From the NCBI RefSeq assembly GCF_056746865.1, contig NZ_CM163382.1: DNA of 64,000 bases. The stretch is one strand, 5' to 3'. Below are positions 1-13,978 of the stretch, one piece after another. The number at the start of each line of letters is the position of its first letter. Within the stretch, counting starts at the first letter, position 1. Below the pieces are notes generated by a model, which saw only the letters and a list, made by a program, of their open reading frames with translations, did no database searches and was not told the DNA's origin. A program made the translations under genes and the position numbers.

Positions 1-54
1 CGGCAAACTCACCGGCGCAATTAACTTGCAGGATTTCTATCAGGCCGGGATTAT

Positions 55-1569
55 TTAATCCTTCAATCCCAGACGTTTCGCCAGCCGATGCAGGTTGGCG
101 ACGTCAGTTTCCAGCATTCGCGCGCAGGCAGCCCAGTTGTGATGATTTTGTGCCAGTGCCTGGCGAATGGTTTCACGCTGGAACGCTTCTGTCGCTTCAC
201 GAAGATTTTGCTTAACAACGGGCACCGCCGCTGCTTCTGGCGGCGGCAACGTCACATCAGGAAAAGCAAAATGTTGCGCCTCAAGAATCACTTCATCGCC
301 GCTGCGGGTTGCTCTCGCCAGCACTACCGCCCGATGAATAGCATGTTCCAGTTCACGAACGTTCCCTGGAAAATTGTAGTGTTGCAGTAAATTTCGCGCT
401 CCGGCACTTAATACCACGCGGGAGAGCCCCAGCCGCAAACGACACTGCTCGCAGAAATACCCCGCCAGCAGAATGACATCATCGCCCCGCTCACGCAGCG
501 GCGGCACTGAAAGTGGAAACACGCTCAGGCGATGAAACAAATCGGCGCGAAATCGCCCTGCCAGTACCTCTTCCCGTAAGTCACGGTTAGTCGCCGCCAG
601 CACGCGCACATCGACCCGCAAACTGCGGTCATCGCCAACACGCTGAATATCGCCATACTGCAACACTCGCAGCAACTTGGCCTGCAATGCCAACGACAAC
701 TCGCCGATCTCATCGAGAAACAGTGTGCCGTTATCCGCCATTTCAAACTTCCCGCTGCGGTTACTGATAGCGCCAGTAAACGCCCCTTTCACATGCCCGA
801 ACAGTTCACTTTCCGCCACACTTTCCGGCAGTGCGGCACAGTTGAGATAGACCAGCGGATTCACCGCCCGTGGCGAGGCTTCATGAATCGCTTTCGCCAC
901 CAGCTCCTTACCGGTTCCCGTCTCACCGCTGATCAGGACGTTGAGATCGGACGCCGCCACAATCTCAATCTCTTTTTTCAATTGCGTCATGCCTGGCGAC
1001 AAGCCAATCATCTGCGTCTGTTTCACCGCTTCAAACGGCGCGGCATCGCCCGGCAGCATATTCTGGCTTTCCAGTTGCTCAATCAGCAACGCATTGCTTA
1101 ACGCTCCCGCCGCCAGCGCGGCAATCAGGCGTAACTCTTCGTCGCTGAAAACATCGAACTGATCGGGCTGCATCCCGTCGAGCGTCAATGCGCCGATCAG
1201 GTTTTGCCCGGCAAACAATGGCAGACCAACGCAGGCGTGAACCTTCAGACTCTCCTGCCCGGGAATCAAACCGTCATAGGGATCGGGCAATTCGCTGTCT
1301 GCGGGAAAGCGCACCACGTCCCCGGCGCGGGCAATCGCTTCCAGCCGTGGATGCCCTTCCAGCGCAAAGCGTCTACCGAGTACATCCTTTGCCAGCCCGT
1401 CGATGGCAAGCGGAATAAACTGCCGCGAGTCGTAACGCAGCAATGCAGACGCATCGCACTCCAGCACCTGACGCAGCGTGGTGATCAGGCGCTGAAAACG
1501 ATCCTGATGACCAATCCCACGCTGCAATTCGATGGCGATATTCGCCAGCACATCAACGGAAAAACTCAT
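55..1569 (-). CDS. norR: NorR, sigma54-dependent NO-responsive transcriptional activator
   Basis: 504-aa ORF; AAA+ sigma54-activator motifs GETGTGKE and GAFTGA; divergent from norVW; matches E. coli NorR by recall. Confidence 0.95.
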   Translation of the reverse strand: MSFSVDVLANIAIELQRGIGHQDRFQRLITTLRQVLECDASALLRYDSRQFIPLAIDGLAKDVLGRRFALEGHPRLEAIARAGDVVRFPADSELPDPYDGLIPGQESLKVHACVGLPLFAGQNLIGALTLDGMQPDQFDVFSDEELRLIAALAAGALSNALLIEQLESQNMLPGDAAPFEAVKQTQMIGLSPGMTQLKKEIEIVAASDLNVLISGETGTGKELVAKAIHEASPRAVNPLVYLNCAALPESVAESELFGHVKGAFTGAISNRSGKFEMADNGTLFLDEIGELSLALQAKLLRVLQYGDIQRVGDDRSLRVDVRVLAATNRDLREEVLAGRFRADLFHRLSVFPLSVPPLRERGDDVILLAGYFCEQCRLRLGLSRVVLSAGARNLLQHYNFPGNVRELEHAIHRAVVLARATRSGDEVILEAQHFAFPDVTLPPPEAAAVPVVKQNLREATEAFQRETIRQALAQNHHNWAACARMLETDVANLHRLAKRLGLKD

Positions 1570-1581
1570 CTTTGCCTCACT

Positions 1582-1637
1582 GTCAATTTGACTATAGATA
1601 TTGTCATATCGACCATTTGATTAATAGTCATTTTGAC
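1582..1637. promoter_or_regulatory. three NorR enhancer sites (GT-N7-AC)
   Basis: gtcaatttgac 1582-1592, gtcatatcgac 1603-1613, gtcattttgac 1627-1637 in the norR-norV intergenic region. Confidence 0.7.
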
Positions 1638-1692
1638 TACTCATTAATGAGCATGAATTAATTTACACGTAAAAATCAATCAGATAAAAAAC

Positions 1693-1708
1693 TGGCACGC
1701 AATCTGCA
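1693..1708 (+). promoter_or_regulatory. sigma54 promoter (-24/-12) for norVW
   Basis: TGGCAC-gcaat-CTGCA about 48 bp upstream of the norV ATG. Confidence 0.7.
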
Positions 1709-1755
1709 ATTAGCAAGACATCTTTTTAGAACACGCTGAATAAATTGAGGTTGCT

Positions 1756-3195
1756 ATGTCTATTGTGGTGAAAAATAACATTCATTGGGTTGGTCAACGT
1801 GACTGGGAAGTGCGTGATTTTCACGGCACAGAATATAAAACGCTGCGCGGCAGCAGCTACAACAGCTACCTCATTCGCGAAGAAAAAAACGTACTGATCG
1901 ACACCGTCGACCATAAATTCAGCCGCGAATTTGTGCAGAACCTGCGTAATGAAATCGATCTGGCGGATATCGATTACATCGTGATTAACCATGCAGAAGA
2001 GGACCACGCCGGGGCGCTGACCGAACTGATGGCACAAATTCCCGATACGCCGATCTACTGTACAGCCAACGCTATCGACTCGATAAATGGTCATCACCAT
2101 CATCCGGAGTGGAATTTTAATGTGGTGAAAACTGGCGACACGCTGGGTATCGGCAACGGCAAACAGCTCATTTTTGTCGAAACACCAATGCTGCACTGGC
2201 CGGACAGCATGATGACTTACCTGACAGGCGACGCGGTGCTGTTCAGTAACGATGCTTTCGGTCAGCACTACTGCGACGAGCATCTGTTCAACGATGAAGT
2301 GGATCAGACGGAGCTTTTTGAGCAGTGCCAGCGTTACTACGCCAATATCCTTACGCCGTTCAGCCGCCTGGTAACGCCGAAAATTACCGAGATCCTGGGC
2401 TTTAACTTACCAGTCGATATGATAGCGACCTCTCACGGCGTGGTATGGCGCGATAACCCAACGCAAATTGTCGAGCTGTACCTGAAATGGGCGGCTGATT
2501 ATCAGGAAGACAGAATCACCATTTTCTACGACACCATGTCGAATAACACCCGCATGATGGCTGACGCTATCGCCCAGGGGATTGCGGAAACCGACCCACG
2601 CGTGGCGGTGAAAATTTTCAACGTCGCCCGAAGCGATAAAAACGAAATCCTGACCAATGTCTTCCGCTCAAAAGGCGTGCTGGTCGGCACTTCGACGATG
2701 AATAACGTGATGATGCCGAAAATCGCCGGGCTGGTGGAGGAGATGACCGGATTACGCTTTCGTAACAAACGCGCCAGTGCTTTCGGCTCTCACGGCTGGA
2801 GCGGCGGTGCGGTGGATCGTCTTTCCACGCGCCTGCAGGATGCGGGTTTCGAAATGTCGCTTAGCCTGAAAGCCAAATGGCGACCGGACCAGGACGCTCT
2901 GGAGCTATGTCGTGAACACGGTCGCGAAATCGCCCGTCAGTGGGCGCTCGCGCCGCTGCCGCAGAGCACGGTGAATACGGTGGTTAAAGAAGAAACCTCT
3001 GCCACCACGACGGCTGACCTCGGCCCACGGATGCAGTGCAGCGTCTGCCAGTGGATTTACGATCCGGCAAAAGGCGAGCCAATGCAGGACGTTGCGCCAG
3101 GAACGCCGTGGAGTGAAGTCCCGGATAACTTCCTGTGCCCGGAATGCTCCCTTGGCAAAGACGTCTTTGACGAACTGGCATCGGAGGCAAAATGA
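1756..3195 (+). CDS. norV: anaerobic nitric oxide reductase flavorubredoxin
   Basis: 479-aa ORF; flavodiiron-type N-terminus plus C-terminal rubredoxin CxxC...CPxC (CSVCQWIYD...CPECS). Confidence 0.95.
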   Translation: MSIVVKNNIHWVGQRDWEVRDFHGTEYKTLRGSSYNSYLIREEKNVLIDTVDHKFSREFVQNLRNEIDLADIDYIVINHAEEDHAGALTELMAQIPDTPIYCTANAIDSINGHHHHPEWNFNVVKTGDTLGIGNGKQLIFVETPMLHWPDSMMTYLTGDAVLFSNDAFGQHYCDEHLFNDEVDQTELFEQCQRYYANILTPFSRLVTPKITEILGFNLPVDMIATSHGVVWRDNPTQIVELYLKWAADYQEDRITIFYDTMSNNTRMMADAIAQGIAETDPRVAVKIFNVARSDKNEILTNVFRSKGVLVGTSTMNNVMMPKIAGLVEEMTGLRFRNKRASAFGSHGWSGGAVDRLSTRLQDAGFEMSLSLKAKWRPDQDALELCREHGREIARQWALAPLPQSTVNTVVKEETSATTTADLGPRMQCSVCQWIYDPAKGEPMQDVAPGTPWSEVPDNFLCPECSLGKDVFDELASEAK

Positions 3196-4325
3196 GCAAC
3201 GGCATTGTGATCATTGGTTCGGGCTTCGCCGCCCGCCAACTGGTGAAAAATATTCGCAAACAGGACGCCTGTATTCCATTAACCCTGATTGCCGCCGACA
3301 GCATGGATGAGTACAACAAACCGGACCTCAGCCATGTTATCAGCCAGAGGCAACGTGCCGATGACCTTACCCGCCAGACGGCGGGTGAATTTGCCGAGCA
3401 GTTTAATCTGCACCTGTTTCCGCACACCTGGATAATGGATATCGATGCCGAAGCCCATGTGGTGAAAAGCCAGAATAATCAGTGGCAATACGACAAGCTG
3501 GTGCTGGCAACTGGTGCCAGTGCCTTTGTCCCGCCAGTGCCTGGGCGTGAGTTAATGCTGACGTTAAATAGTCAGCAAGAGTATCGCGCCTGTGAAACGC
3601 AACTGCGGGATGCCCGACGCGTGTTGATTGTTGGCGGTGGCTTGATTGGTAGCGAACTGGCGATGGATTTTTGTCGTGCAGGCAAAGCGGTCACGCTAAT
3701 CGACAACGCTGCCAGTATTCTGGCGTCGTTAATGCCACCGGAAGTAAGCAGCCGCTTGCAGCATCGGTTGACGGAGATGGGCGTTCATCTGCTGTTGAAA
3801 TCTCAGTTGCAGGGGCTGGAAAAAACGGATTCTGGCATTCTGGCAACGCTGGACCGCCAGCGCAGCATCGAAGTGGATGCGGTAATTGCCGCCACCGGAC
3901 TGCGCCCGGAAACCGCCCTGGCACGACGCGCCGGGCTGACGATTAATCGCGGCGTTTGCGTCGATAGTTATCTGCAAACCAGTAATGCCGATATTTATGC
4001 GCTGGGCGATTGCACGGAAATTAACGGTCAGGTATTGCCGTTCCTCCAGCCGATTCAACTTAGCGCGATGGTGCTGGCAAAAAATCTTCTCGGCAATAAC
4101 ACGCCGCTGAAACTCCCTGCGATGCTGGTGAAAATCAAAACGCCAGAATTACCGCTGCATCTGGCAGGCGAAACCCAGCGTCAGGATTTACGCTGGCAAA
4201 TTAATACCGAACGCCAGGGAATGGTGGCGCGCGGTGTTGATGATGCCGACCAGCTTCGCGCCTTTGTGGTCAGTGAGGATCGGATGAAAGAGGCGTTTGG
4301 ATTGTTGAAAACGTTGCCGGTGTAG
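3192..4325 (+). CDS. norW: NADH:flavorubredoxin oxidoreductase
   Basis: 377-aa ORF overlapping the norV stop; N-terminal FAD/NAD fold GSGFAA, second dinucleotide motif GGGLIGSE. Confidence 0.95.
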   Translation: MSNGIVIIGSGFAARQLVKNIRKQDACIPLTLIAADSMDEYNKPDLSHVISQRQRADDLTRQTAGEFAEQFNLHLFPHTWIMDIDAEAHVVKSQNNQWQYDKLVLATGASAFVPPVPGRELMLTLNSQQEYRACETQLRDARRVLIVGGGLIGSELAMDFCRAGKAVTLIDNAASILASLMPPEVSSRLQHRLTEMGVHLLLKSQLQGLEKTDSGILATLDRQRSIEVDAVIAATGLRPETALARRAGLTINRGVCVDSYLQTSNADIYALGDCTEINGQVLPFLQPIQLSAMVLAKNLLGNNTPLKLPAMLVKIKTPELPLHLAGETQRQDLRWQINTERQGMVARGVDDADQLRAFVVSEDRMKEAFGLLKTLPV

Positions 4326-4337
4326 GCATGGTTTTCT

Positions 4338-4358
4338 CCCTCGCCCAAAGGGCGAGGG
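4338..4358. terminator. hairpin between convergent norW and hypF
   Basis: ccctcgccc-aaa-gggcgaggg perfect 9-bp stem; T-run 4372-4376 is displaced, so strength uncertain. Confidence 0.4.
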
Positions 4359-4402
4359 GACTGTCCGCGCTCTTTTTACGCTTAGTTACGCCACATCCGC
4401 CA

Positions 4403-6643
4403 CTATGCAGCATGCAGGATGCGCGCCGCAGCAATAACCCCCTGCCCCAGAGACAAGCCGCCATCACCCGCCGGTAAACTCTGCGGAAAGAGTAATGTGA
4501 AATCAGCGAGATAATGCGCCAGGCGTGTACGCAGCAATCGGTTATGAGTAACCCCACCGCTAAATACCAGCGTAGTGATACCGCGCATCGTGGCCTGCTC
4601 ACGCATCAACGCGGCAAAACCCTGCGCCAGCGCATCATGAAACGCCCACGCGCGTTGATTAACCGGTGCCTGCCAGTTCAGCCACTGCTGCCAGAAAGTG
4701 ACGAGATCCAGTTGATTGTCCACCTGCGGCATCGTCACCGGATGCGTCACTCCGTCGCATGAGGCTGCGAGCGCCTCCAGAGCACAAGCCGCTTCACCTT
4801 CATAACTTAACGTGGCTGGCGCACAGCCCAGTGCCGCCGCCACAGCATCGAACAAACGTCCACACGATGACGCCAGCGGCGCGTTAATTCCACGCTCAAT
4901 GGCCCGCGCCAGCACGCTCCAGTTTTGCTGTTGCACACTTGCCGTTTCAGGGTAATTCTGCCACTCCGGCACAAAGCGCAGGCACTGCGCCAGCAGGTTA
5001 CGCCACGGCTGCTTTGCAGCCAAATCGCCCCCCGGAAGCGCCACCGCAGGCAAGCCGCCCAGGTGCTCACATTCGCGATAGTTCACCCGCAGGCATTCGC
5101 CGCCCCATAAAGCGCCGTTCTCCCCCATACCGATACCGTCGAGCGTCAACGCAATGACATCACCGCCATCCAGTGGCCAGTGATGTTCTGCCAGACACGC
5201 CGCCGCATGAGCATGATGATGCAGCACCGTTTGTGTCGGCAGATTCATTTCGCGCGCCCACTGGCTGGAGACATAGCCCGGGTGCGCGTCATGCACAACG
5301 TATTGCGGGGTGAAATCGTAGATGTTTTGCATCAGGCGTAACGCTTCGCGCCACTGCATCTGGATGCCATCGTCACTTAAATCGCCCAGATGCTGACTCA
5401 ACACCGCTTGTTCGCCGCGCACCAGGCAGAAGGTGTTTTTCAGATCCGCACCGAGACACAGCACAGGCGGAACATTTTTAAAGCCCGGAGGCAAAGCCAG
5501 CGCATCCGGCACATACCCCCGCGAACGGCGCAGCATTTCGCCGCTTTCGCGCACCACCGAATCATCCATCCGCTGCACGATGTCGCGGTTATGTAGCAAG
5601 AATCCGTCGGCAATGCCCTGCAAATCCGCCAGCGCCTGTTCGTTGCTGATAGCCGGTGGTTTACCGCTCAGGTTGCCGGAGGTCATCACCAGCGGACATT
5701 GCAGTTCCTGTAACAGCAAATGCTGAAGCGGGTTCGCAGGCAACATTACCCCGACTTCGTTAAGGCCAGGGGCGATATCATCACAAAGCTCAGGTACGTA
5801 TTTTTTATCCACCAGCACAATCGGCGCGGCGGGCGTGGTAAGCAACTGGCGCGCAGCGTCTGGTAAACCTTCTGCCACTGGCAACATGACCGCCAGCGGT
5901 TTCGCCGGGCGATGTTTGCGCGCCCGAAGTGTCGCCACCGCGTTACTGTTACACGCATCGCAGGCGAGATGAAATCCGCCAATCCCTTTGATGGCGACAA
6001 TGTTGCCCATTTTTAACTGTGCGATAGCCGCCTGTAATGCCGCCTCTTGTTCTGCATGTTCACCATGACTTACCCATTCAAGATGTGGGCCACACTCCGG
6101 GCAGGCCACCGGCTGGGCGTGGAAGCGACGATCGAGCGGGTCGCGATATTCTTTGTCACAGGCCGGACACAGCGGAAACGCCGCCATCACGGTAAACGGG
6201 CGGTCGTAAGGCATCGCGCGAATAATGGTGAAACGTGGGCCGCAGTGGGTACAGTTGATAAACGGATAACGATAACGCCGCTCGCCCGGGGTATTCATTT
6301 CGGCAAGACAGGCAGGGCAAGTAGCGGCATCGGGAACAATTTGCGTATTCATGGTGCCGCCTGTGCTCTGGCGTATAGTGAACTCGGTGGGCAGTTGTGA
6401 CCAGATAAACGGCTCACGCTCGACGCTATCAATACGCGCCAGCGGCGGGCAGTGCTGATGCAACTGCACAAGAAACGTTTCCGGGTCTTCCAGCAGCCGG
6501 ACTTCCACTCCATCGCCGTCATTACAGACATCGCCGTGAAGATTTAATTGCTGTGCCAGCTGCCAGACAAACGGACGAAAACCGACGCCCTGCACTTTGC
6601 CACGAATACGCAGTTGGACACCGCAAGATGTGTTTTTTGCCAT
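4403..6643 (-). CDS. hypF: [NiFe]-hydrogenase maturation carbamoyltransferase HypF
   Basis: long ORF (open to 6715); start taken at [25 protein letters not shown]; acylphosphatase N-terminus and zinc-finger CxxC pairs. Confidence 0.9.
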   Translation of the reverse strand: MAKNTSCGVQLRIRGKVQGVGFRPFVWQLAQQLNLHGDVCNDGDGVEVRLLEDPETFLVQLHQHCPPLARIDSVEREPFIWSQLPTEFTIRQSTGGTMNTQIVPDAATCPACLAEMNTPGERRYRYPFINCTHCGPRFTIIRAMPYDRPFTVMAAFPLCPACDKEYRDPLDRRFHAQPVACPECGPHLEWVSHGEHAEQEAALQAAIAQLKMGNIVAIKGIGGFHLACDACNSNAVATLRARKHRPAKPLAVMLPVAEGLPDAARQLLTTPAAPIVLVDKKYVPELCDDIAPGLNEVGVMLPANPLQHLLLQELQCPLVMTSGNLSGKPPAISNEQALADLQGIADGFLLHNRDIVQRMDDSVVRESGEMLRRSRGYVPDALALPPGFKNVPPVLCLGADLKNTFCLVRGEQAVLSQHLGDLSDDGIQMQWREALRLMQNIYDFTPQYVVHDAHPGYVSSQWAREMNLPTQTVLHHHAHAAACLAEHHWPLDGGDVIALTLDGIGMGENGALWGGECLRVNYRECEHLGGLPAVALPGGDLAAKQPWRNLLAQCLRFVPEWQNYPETASVQQQNWSVLARAIERGINAPLASSCGRLFDAVAAALGCAPATLSYEGEAACALEALAASCDGVTHPVTMPQVDNQLDLVTFWQQWLNWQAPVNQRAWAFHDALAQGFAALMREQATMRGITTLVFSGGVTHNRLLRTRLAHYLADFTLLFPQSLPAGDGGLSLGQGVIAAARILHAA

Positions 6644-6795
6644 TGAGTTATTCCCGCCATCATGAATTGCGTAACCCGCCCTGCCGGACACGACAGCGTC
6701 GTATCCGGCAATCACAGGTCGGCGATACCGCCCGCTCCGTATTCTACGAATATTTCCGGGAATTCCTTTGATGCCAGAACAGTTCAGTAAGATTT

Positions 6796-7323
6796 TTAGA
6801 ACATCAGCGCCGTACGGCGACGTTTTTCTGCACTCAGTTGTTCAAGTTTATTACGATCGACACAAATCAGCGCATGGGTCGGGCAAGCCGCCATACACGC
6901 CGGGCCGTCTTCACGATGGTTACAGAGGTCGCATTTATTGGCTTCGGCTTTGTCAGCCCGTACATTCAGCCCCGCGCCGCTGTTGCGAATCACCGGACGT
7001 ACCACCACTTCCATCGCGCCATACGGGCAAGCCACAACGCAGGTTTTGCAACCAATGCAACGTTCCTGCATCACATGAACAAACCCTTTATCACGGCTGA
7101 TAGCACCATTCGGGCAGACGTTAGCGCACGGTGCATCTTCACACTGACGGCAAACTGTCGCCGTGGAAATGTTCACACCTTTAATGACATGGATACGCGG
7201 TAAAAATGTTTCCGGGGTCAGCGATGCACAGTCCTGATTTTCCTGATGAGAAACCACGCACGCCACTTCACAGGTACGGCAACCAATACATTTACTCGCG
7301 TCAGCAATGATGAAACGGTTCAT
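6796..7323 (-). CDS. hydN: 4Fe-4S ferredoxin-type electron transport protein HydN
   Basis: 175 aa from [22 protein letters not shown]; multiple CxxCxxCxxxCP clusters. Confidence 0.9.
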   Translation of the reverse strand: MNRFIIADASKCIGCRTCEVACVVSHQENQDCASLTPETFLPRIHVIKGVNISTATVCRQCEDAPCANVCPNGAISRDKGFVHVMQERCIGCKTCVVACPYGAMEVVVRPVIRNSGAGLNVRADKAEANKCDLCNHREDGPACMAACPTHALICVDRNKLEQLSAEKRRRTALMF

Positions 7324-7471
7324 CAAATTCTCCAGCAATGACAGTTAATGCGCCGATACATTCACAAATCATGCCAGTTTTTAATACACTGTTATTTAAG
7401 GAAATTAATTTCTGTAATGCAGGAAAAACGATGTCATCGACACTAGTGACGATGACATGTGATGACAATGT

Positions 7472-8482
7472 TTATCGCGAAAGAGCAATGAGGGAGCCGC
7501 GGCGGATCAGTTTTCCGCTGAAGGTTTTCGGCGGTGAGAAATCCCCGCCATCGAGCATAAAAATCAGCCGTCCAATAATTTCCTGAATCATCTCAGTCAC
7601 CGGAATTTTTACGCTGGAGAGCGCCGGAACGGTGTAGGGGGCAATTGCGATATCATCGAATCCGATAACTGACACCTGCTCTGGCACCGCTACGCCGCGC
7701 TCGTGCAACGCTTTCATCGCACCTATCGCCATATCGTCGTTACTGGCAACTAACGCGCTAAATTTAGCCCCACGTTCGAGCAACGTTTCTACCCCTTCGG
7801 CCCCGCTGGCGGGCGTCCATTTACCGATAGCGATAAGTTTTTCATTGAGCGCAATACCATGCTGCGACAGCGCGTCTTTATACCCGGCAAGACGTTCAAT
7901 GCTGGTGGGGGAATCCATCGAGCCGGTAAGGAAAGCAATCTCCTGATGTCCGGCGTTTATCAACTCTGCCACGGCGTTAAAGCTGGTCTGTTTATGATCG
8001 CACCAGACGCTATGGCTGCTATTTTTGCGCAGGCGGCGATTAAGCACCATTATCGGCTGACTGTGTGCGTCAATGATGTCATCAATCTCATCCACGCTTA
8101 AAAAACGCGGGTAAATCATAATGGCGTCGCAGCGCAAATCCAGCAGATACTGAATCGCCTGGCGCTCTTCTTCGGCGCTGTGTTTACCATCTGCCAATAG
8201 CAACTGTCGCCCTTTCTCTTCCGCCATTCGCGCGGCATGAAAGAGTAATTCACTAAAATAAATGCCGTGGTAAAGTGTGTTGGTCACTACCAGCCCCAGC
8301 GTCTGAGTACTCTTCGCCGACAGATTGCGCGCCAGCAAGTTTGGACGGTAACCGCTCTCTTCTACCGCCTGAAACACGCGATCTTTAGTCTCCTGGCTGA
8401 CGTAGCCATTACCTGAAAGCACGCGGGAAACGGTCGCTTTTGAAACCCCGGCGCGCTTCGCCACTTCCAGCATCGTCGTCAT
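7472..8482 (-). CDS. ascG: LacI-family repressor of the asc operon
   Basis: 336 aa from MTTMLEVAKRAGVSKATVSRVLSG (HTH) plus periplasmic-binding-like effector domain; divergent from ascFB. Confidence 0.85.
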   Translation of the reverse strand: MTTMLEVAKRAGVSKATVSRVLSGNGYVSQETKDRVFQAVEESGYRPNLLARNLSAKSTQTLGLVVTNTLYHGIYFSELLFHAARMAEEKGRQLLLADGKHSAEEERQAIQYLLDLRCDAIMIYPRFLSVDEIDDIIDAHSQPIMVLNRRLRKNSSHSVWCDHKQTSFNAVAELINAGHQEIAFLTGSMDSPTSIERLAGYKDALSQHGIALNEKLIAIGKWTPASGAEGVETLLERGAKFSALVASNDDMAIGAMKALHERGVAVPEQVSVIGFDDIAIAPYTVPALSSVKIPVTEMIQEIIGRLIFMLDGGDFSPPKTFSGKLIRRGSLIALSR

Positions 8483-8741
8483 CATTTTCATCCCTTTACA
8501 CGCAATTAACGCAGTGTACTGCACCGTTTGCCGATTGTCCTTGCGCAATCGGCGGGAAAAATATTCAGGTGACCGGTTTCACAAATATAAAAAATGAACA
8601 ATTAACTCTCTTGCTTATTTAGTGACAACTATTCATGATTTTGTGAAACCGGTTTCTTAATTCCGTTTCAGCATCGGCATTTTTCCGTCACGTCGACTGA
8701 TAACAACTACATCTACCCTACTGATAACAGGATAAAATCCG

Positions 8742-11632
<2,891 letters not shown>

Positions 11633-11640
11633 GTAACAGT

Positions 11641-11720
11641 GCCGGATGCGGCGTGAACGCCTTATCCGGCCTACATGTCGCACGAACCAGGTAGGCCCGA
11701 TAAGCGCAGCGCATCGGGCA
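11641..11720. repeat. BIME: two inverted REP elements
   Basis: gccggatgcggcgtgaacgccttatccggcctac (11641-11674) and gtaggcccgataagcgcagcgcatcgggca (11691-11720) downstream of ascB. Confidence 0.6.
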
Positions 11721-11789
11721 ATCTGGCGTTTGCTATCAGTTCTGATTCCCTCATCAAGAACATCCCTGTCCTGATTCCTTACTGAAAAA

Positions 11790-12260
11790 CTACTCTTCTT
11801 CCACCGCTAACTGTGCGAAGCCGCCATTCCCTTCCCAGCCTTCCAGCCGTTGATAAACGGTTTCTACGGCGTCTTTAATCGGCTGGGTCATCGGGTAGTA
11901 AAAGCCGACGATATCCGGCTGGATGCCGAGGAAAATCACTTCGCCAATATCTTCTTTTAACTGGTCGATAAGGTAGTTCAGCGGCATGTTATGGGTAGTC
12001 ATCATAAACATCTCGGCGATGTCATCCGGGTCGATGATGCGGATCTCGCCGGGGTTTAGCCCCATATCCGTGGCGTCGACAATCAGCAGTCGTGTCGGGC
12101 GCAGTTCGCGGATAGCGACAATGTCGTTTTCCGGTGCGCTACCGCCGTCAATCACCACCCAGTTACCTTTCGGCGCGGCGGCGCACTTTTCCGCCAGCAG
12201 CGGGCCTGCGCCATCATCGCCCATCATGCTATTGCCAACACAGAGTAAAACGTCAGTCAC
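11790..12260 (-). CDS. hycI: hydrogenase 3 maturation endopeptidase
   Basis: 156-aa ORF at the distal end of the hyc operon. Confidence 0.9.
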   Translation of the reverse strand: MTDVLLCVGNSMMGDDGAGPLLAEKCAAAPKGNWVVIDGGSAPENDIVAIRELRPTRLLIVDATDMGLNPGEIRIIDPDDIAEMFMMTTHNMPLNYLIDQLKEDIGEVIFLGIQPDIVGFYYPMTQPIKDAVETVYQRLEGWEGNGGFAQLAVEEE

Positions 12261-12663
12261 GCAATCTCCTCACCATCAAATAGATGGCGTTTTCCTGATG
12301 AATATCATGCAGCATACTTAACAGCATTGTACTCCATTCTTTCTGCTGCGAAGTTTGCGTTGCCCGGGCTTTATCGAATGCGTTGGCCAGCATCGGCACA
12401 TGGTTAATGTCGATGACGATCTCACCATATTTCGGCACGCCTTCCATTTTGCGGCGGGCTTCGCTGCCCGCCTCCAGAGTGGCAATCCATGCCAGATATT
12501 CATCCCACGGGCAGGTGAGCGCCGCTTCCAGGCAATCGATAACCCCAAGGTGGTGACCAATCGCCAGGCTGTAATAGACCACCTGCTGCGCCTCGGCGGG
12601 CGTGGCATCGTTCTCATCAATAAATTTACGGCTCAGTTGACTGAACACCACCTTTTCACTCAT
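12253..12663 (-). CDS. hycH: formate hydrogenlyase maturation protein
   Basis: 136-aa ORF overlapping hycI and hycG. Confidence 0.9.
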   Translation of the reverse strand: MSEKVVFSQLSRKFIDENDATPAEAQQVVYYSLAIGHHLGVIDCLEAALTCPWDEYLAWIATLEAGSEARRKMEGVPKYGEIVIDINHVPMLANAFDKARATQTSQQKEWSTMLLSMLHDIHQENAIYLMVRRLRD

Positions 12664-13427
12664 CGGATACGCGCCTCTTCAACAACATGATTCAGATGGC
12701 TGACAATCTCGTTCAGACGCGGATCGTTTTCCGCTTCCAGCCAGCGTGCAACCTGCTCTTCGCCCTGCCCTAACTGTGTCAGGAAGTCATCGGCAATCTG
12801 GCGACCGTAACGGTAACCCGCCAGGCGGCGTGCTTCGCGATCTACTTTCACACGCAGCGGCTGCACCATATCGCCATGCAGGATCTCCGCCGGTTGTTCA
12901 TCCTGCTCACCCGGCCCACGGGCGTGAATTTTCTGCTCCAGCAGGCCGAGCGCCATTGCAAAGCCGTATAGCGTAGCGGCAGGCGTTGGCGGGCAGCCCG
13001 GAATGTAGACATCCACCGGGACGATTTTATCCGTACCGCCCCACACGCAGTAGAGATCGTGGAAAATGCCACCGCTGTTACCGCAGGCACCGTAGGAGAT
13101 ACAGATTTTCGGGTCCGGCGCGGACTGCCACGCACGCAGCGCAGGGGATCGCATTGCACGGGTGACCGCGCCGGTAAACAGTAAAATATCCGCATGACGC
13201 GGTGAAGGAACGACTTTAATGCCGAAGCGTTCTGCATCGAACAGCGGCGACAAAGTGGCGAAAATTTCGATTTCGCAGCCGTTGCAGCCGCCGCAGTCCA
13301 CGCGGTAAACGTAGGCAGAACGTTTGATTTTTTTCAGTAACGACGCCTTCATGCTGGCGATGGATTCATCCACCGTCATCGGGACCGGAATGCCGTTGGC
13401 GTCACGGGGGCCTAATAAATTGCTCAT
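12660..13427 (-). CDS. hycG: hydrogenase 3 small subunit (NuoB-like)
   Basis: 255-aa ORF; conserved Cys ligands ([14 protein letters not shown]). Confidence 0.9.
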   Translation of the reverse strand: MSNLLGPRDANGIPVPMTVDESIASMKASLLKKIKRSAYVYRVDCGGCNGCEIEIFATLSPLFDAERFGIKVVPSPRHADILLFTGAVTRAMRSPALRAWQSAPDPKICISYGACGNSGGIFHDLYCVWGGTDKIVPVDVYIPGCPPTPAATLYGFAMALGLLEQKIHARGPGEQDEQPAEILHGDMVQPLRVKVDREARRLAGYRYGRQIADDFLTQLGQGEEQVARWLEAENDPRLNEIVSHLNHVVEEARIR

Positions 13428-13969
13428 CAGATGGCCTCTTTCATATGGCGAGTCAGTTCAATACGGTCGGACGGCACCAGGCATTTCTGGCGCTTACATT
13501 CCGGGCAAGTCTCAAAGCTTTCGCGGTGGTTTTCCGCGCGACTGTCACCATTGTGCTTAAGCAGTGCAATGGCGTAGTCGATCTCTTTCTGGACGGCGAA
13601 AGGACGATTACAGATGCGGCAGTTACACAGCGCGAAACGGGACTGTTGCAGGAAGTCTTCTTTCTTCCACACCGCCAGTTCGTACTCTTGCGACAGTTTG
13701 ATCGCCGCCGTCGGGCAGACTTCTTCGCAGCGTCCACAGAAGATGCAGCGTCCAAGATTGAACTCCCAGGCAAGCTCTCCTGTGGCGAGGTCGGTTTCAA
13801 CCGTTAAGGCGTTTGACGGGCAGGCATTGACGCAGGCCGCGCAGCCGATGCACTGCTGCGGGTTCTGCTCTGGCTTACCACGGAAGTTTTTATCAACCGC
13901 AATCGGCTCCAGCGGATAAGACGAGGTCGCCGTGCCGGTTTTGATGACTTTTTTGATAAAGGTAAACAT
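13427..13969 (-). CDS. hycF: formate hydrogenlyase iron-sulfur subunit
   Basis: 180-aa ORF with two CxxCxxCxxxCP motifs. Confidence 0.9.
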   Translation of the reverse strand: MFTFIKKVIKTGTATSSYPLEPIAVDKNFRGKPEQNPQQCIGCAACVNACPSNALTVETDLATGELAWEFNLGRCIFCGRCEEVCPTAAIKLSQEYELAVWKKEDFLQQSRFALCNCRICNRPFAVQKEIDYAIALLKHNGDSRAENHRESFETCPECKRQKCLVPSDRIELTRHMKEAI

Positions 13970-13978
13970 GGCGATTCC

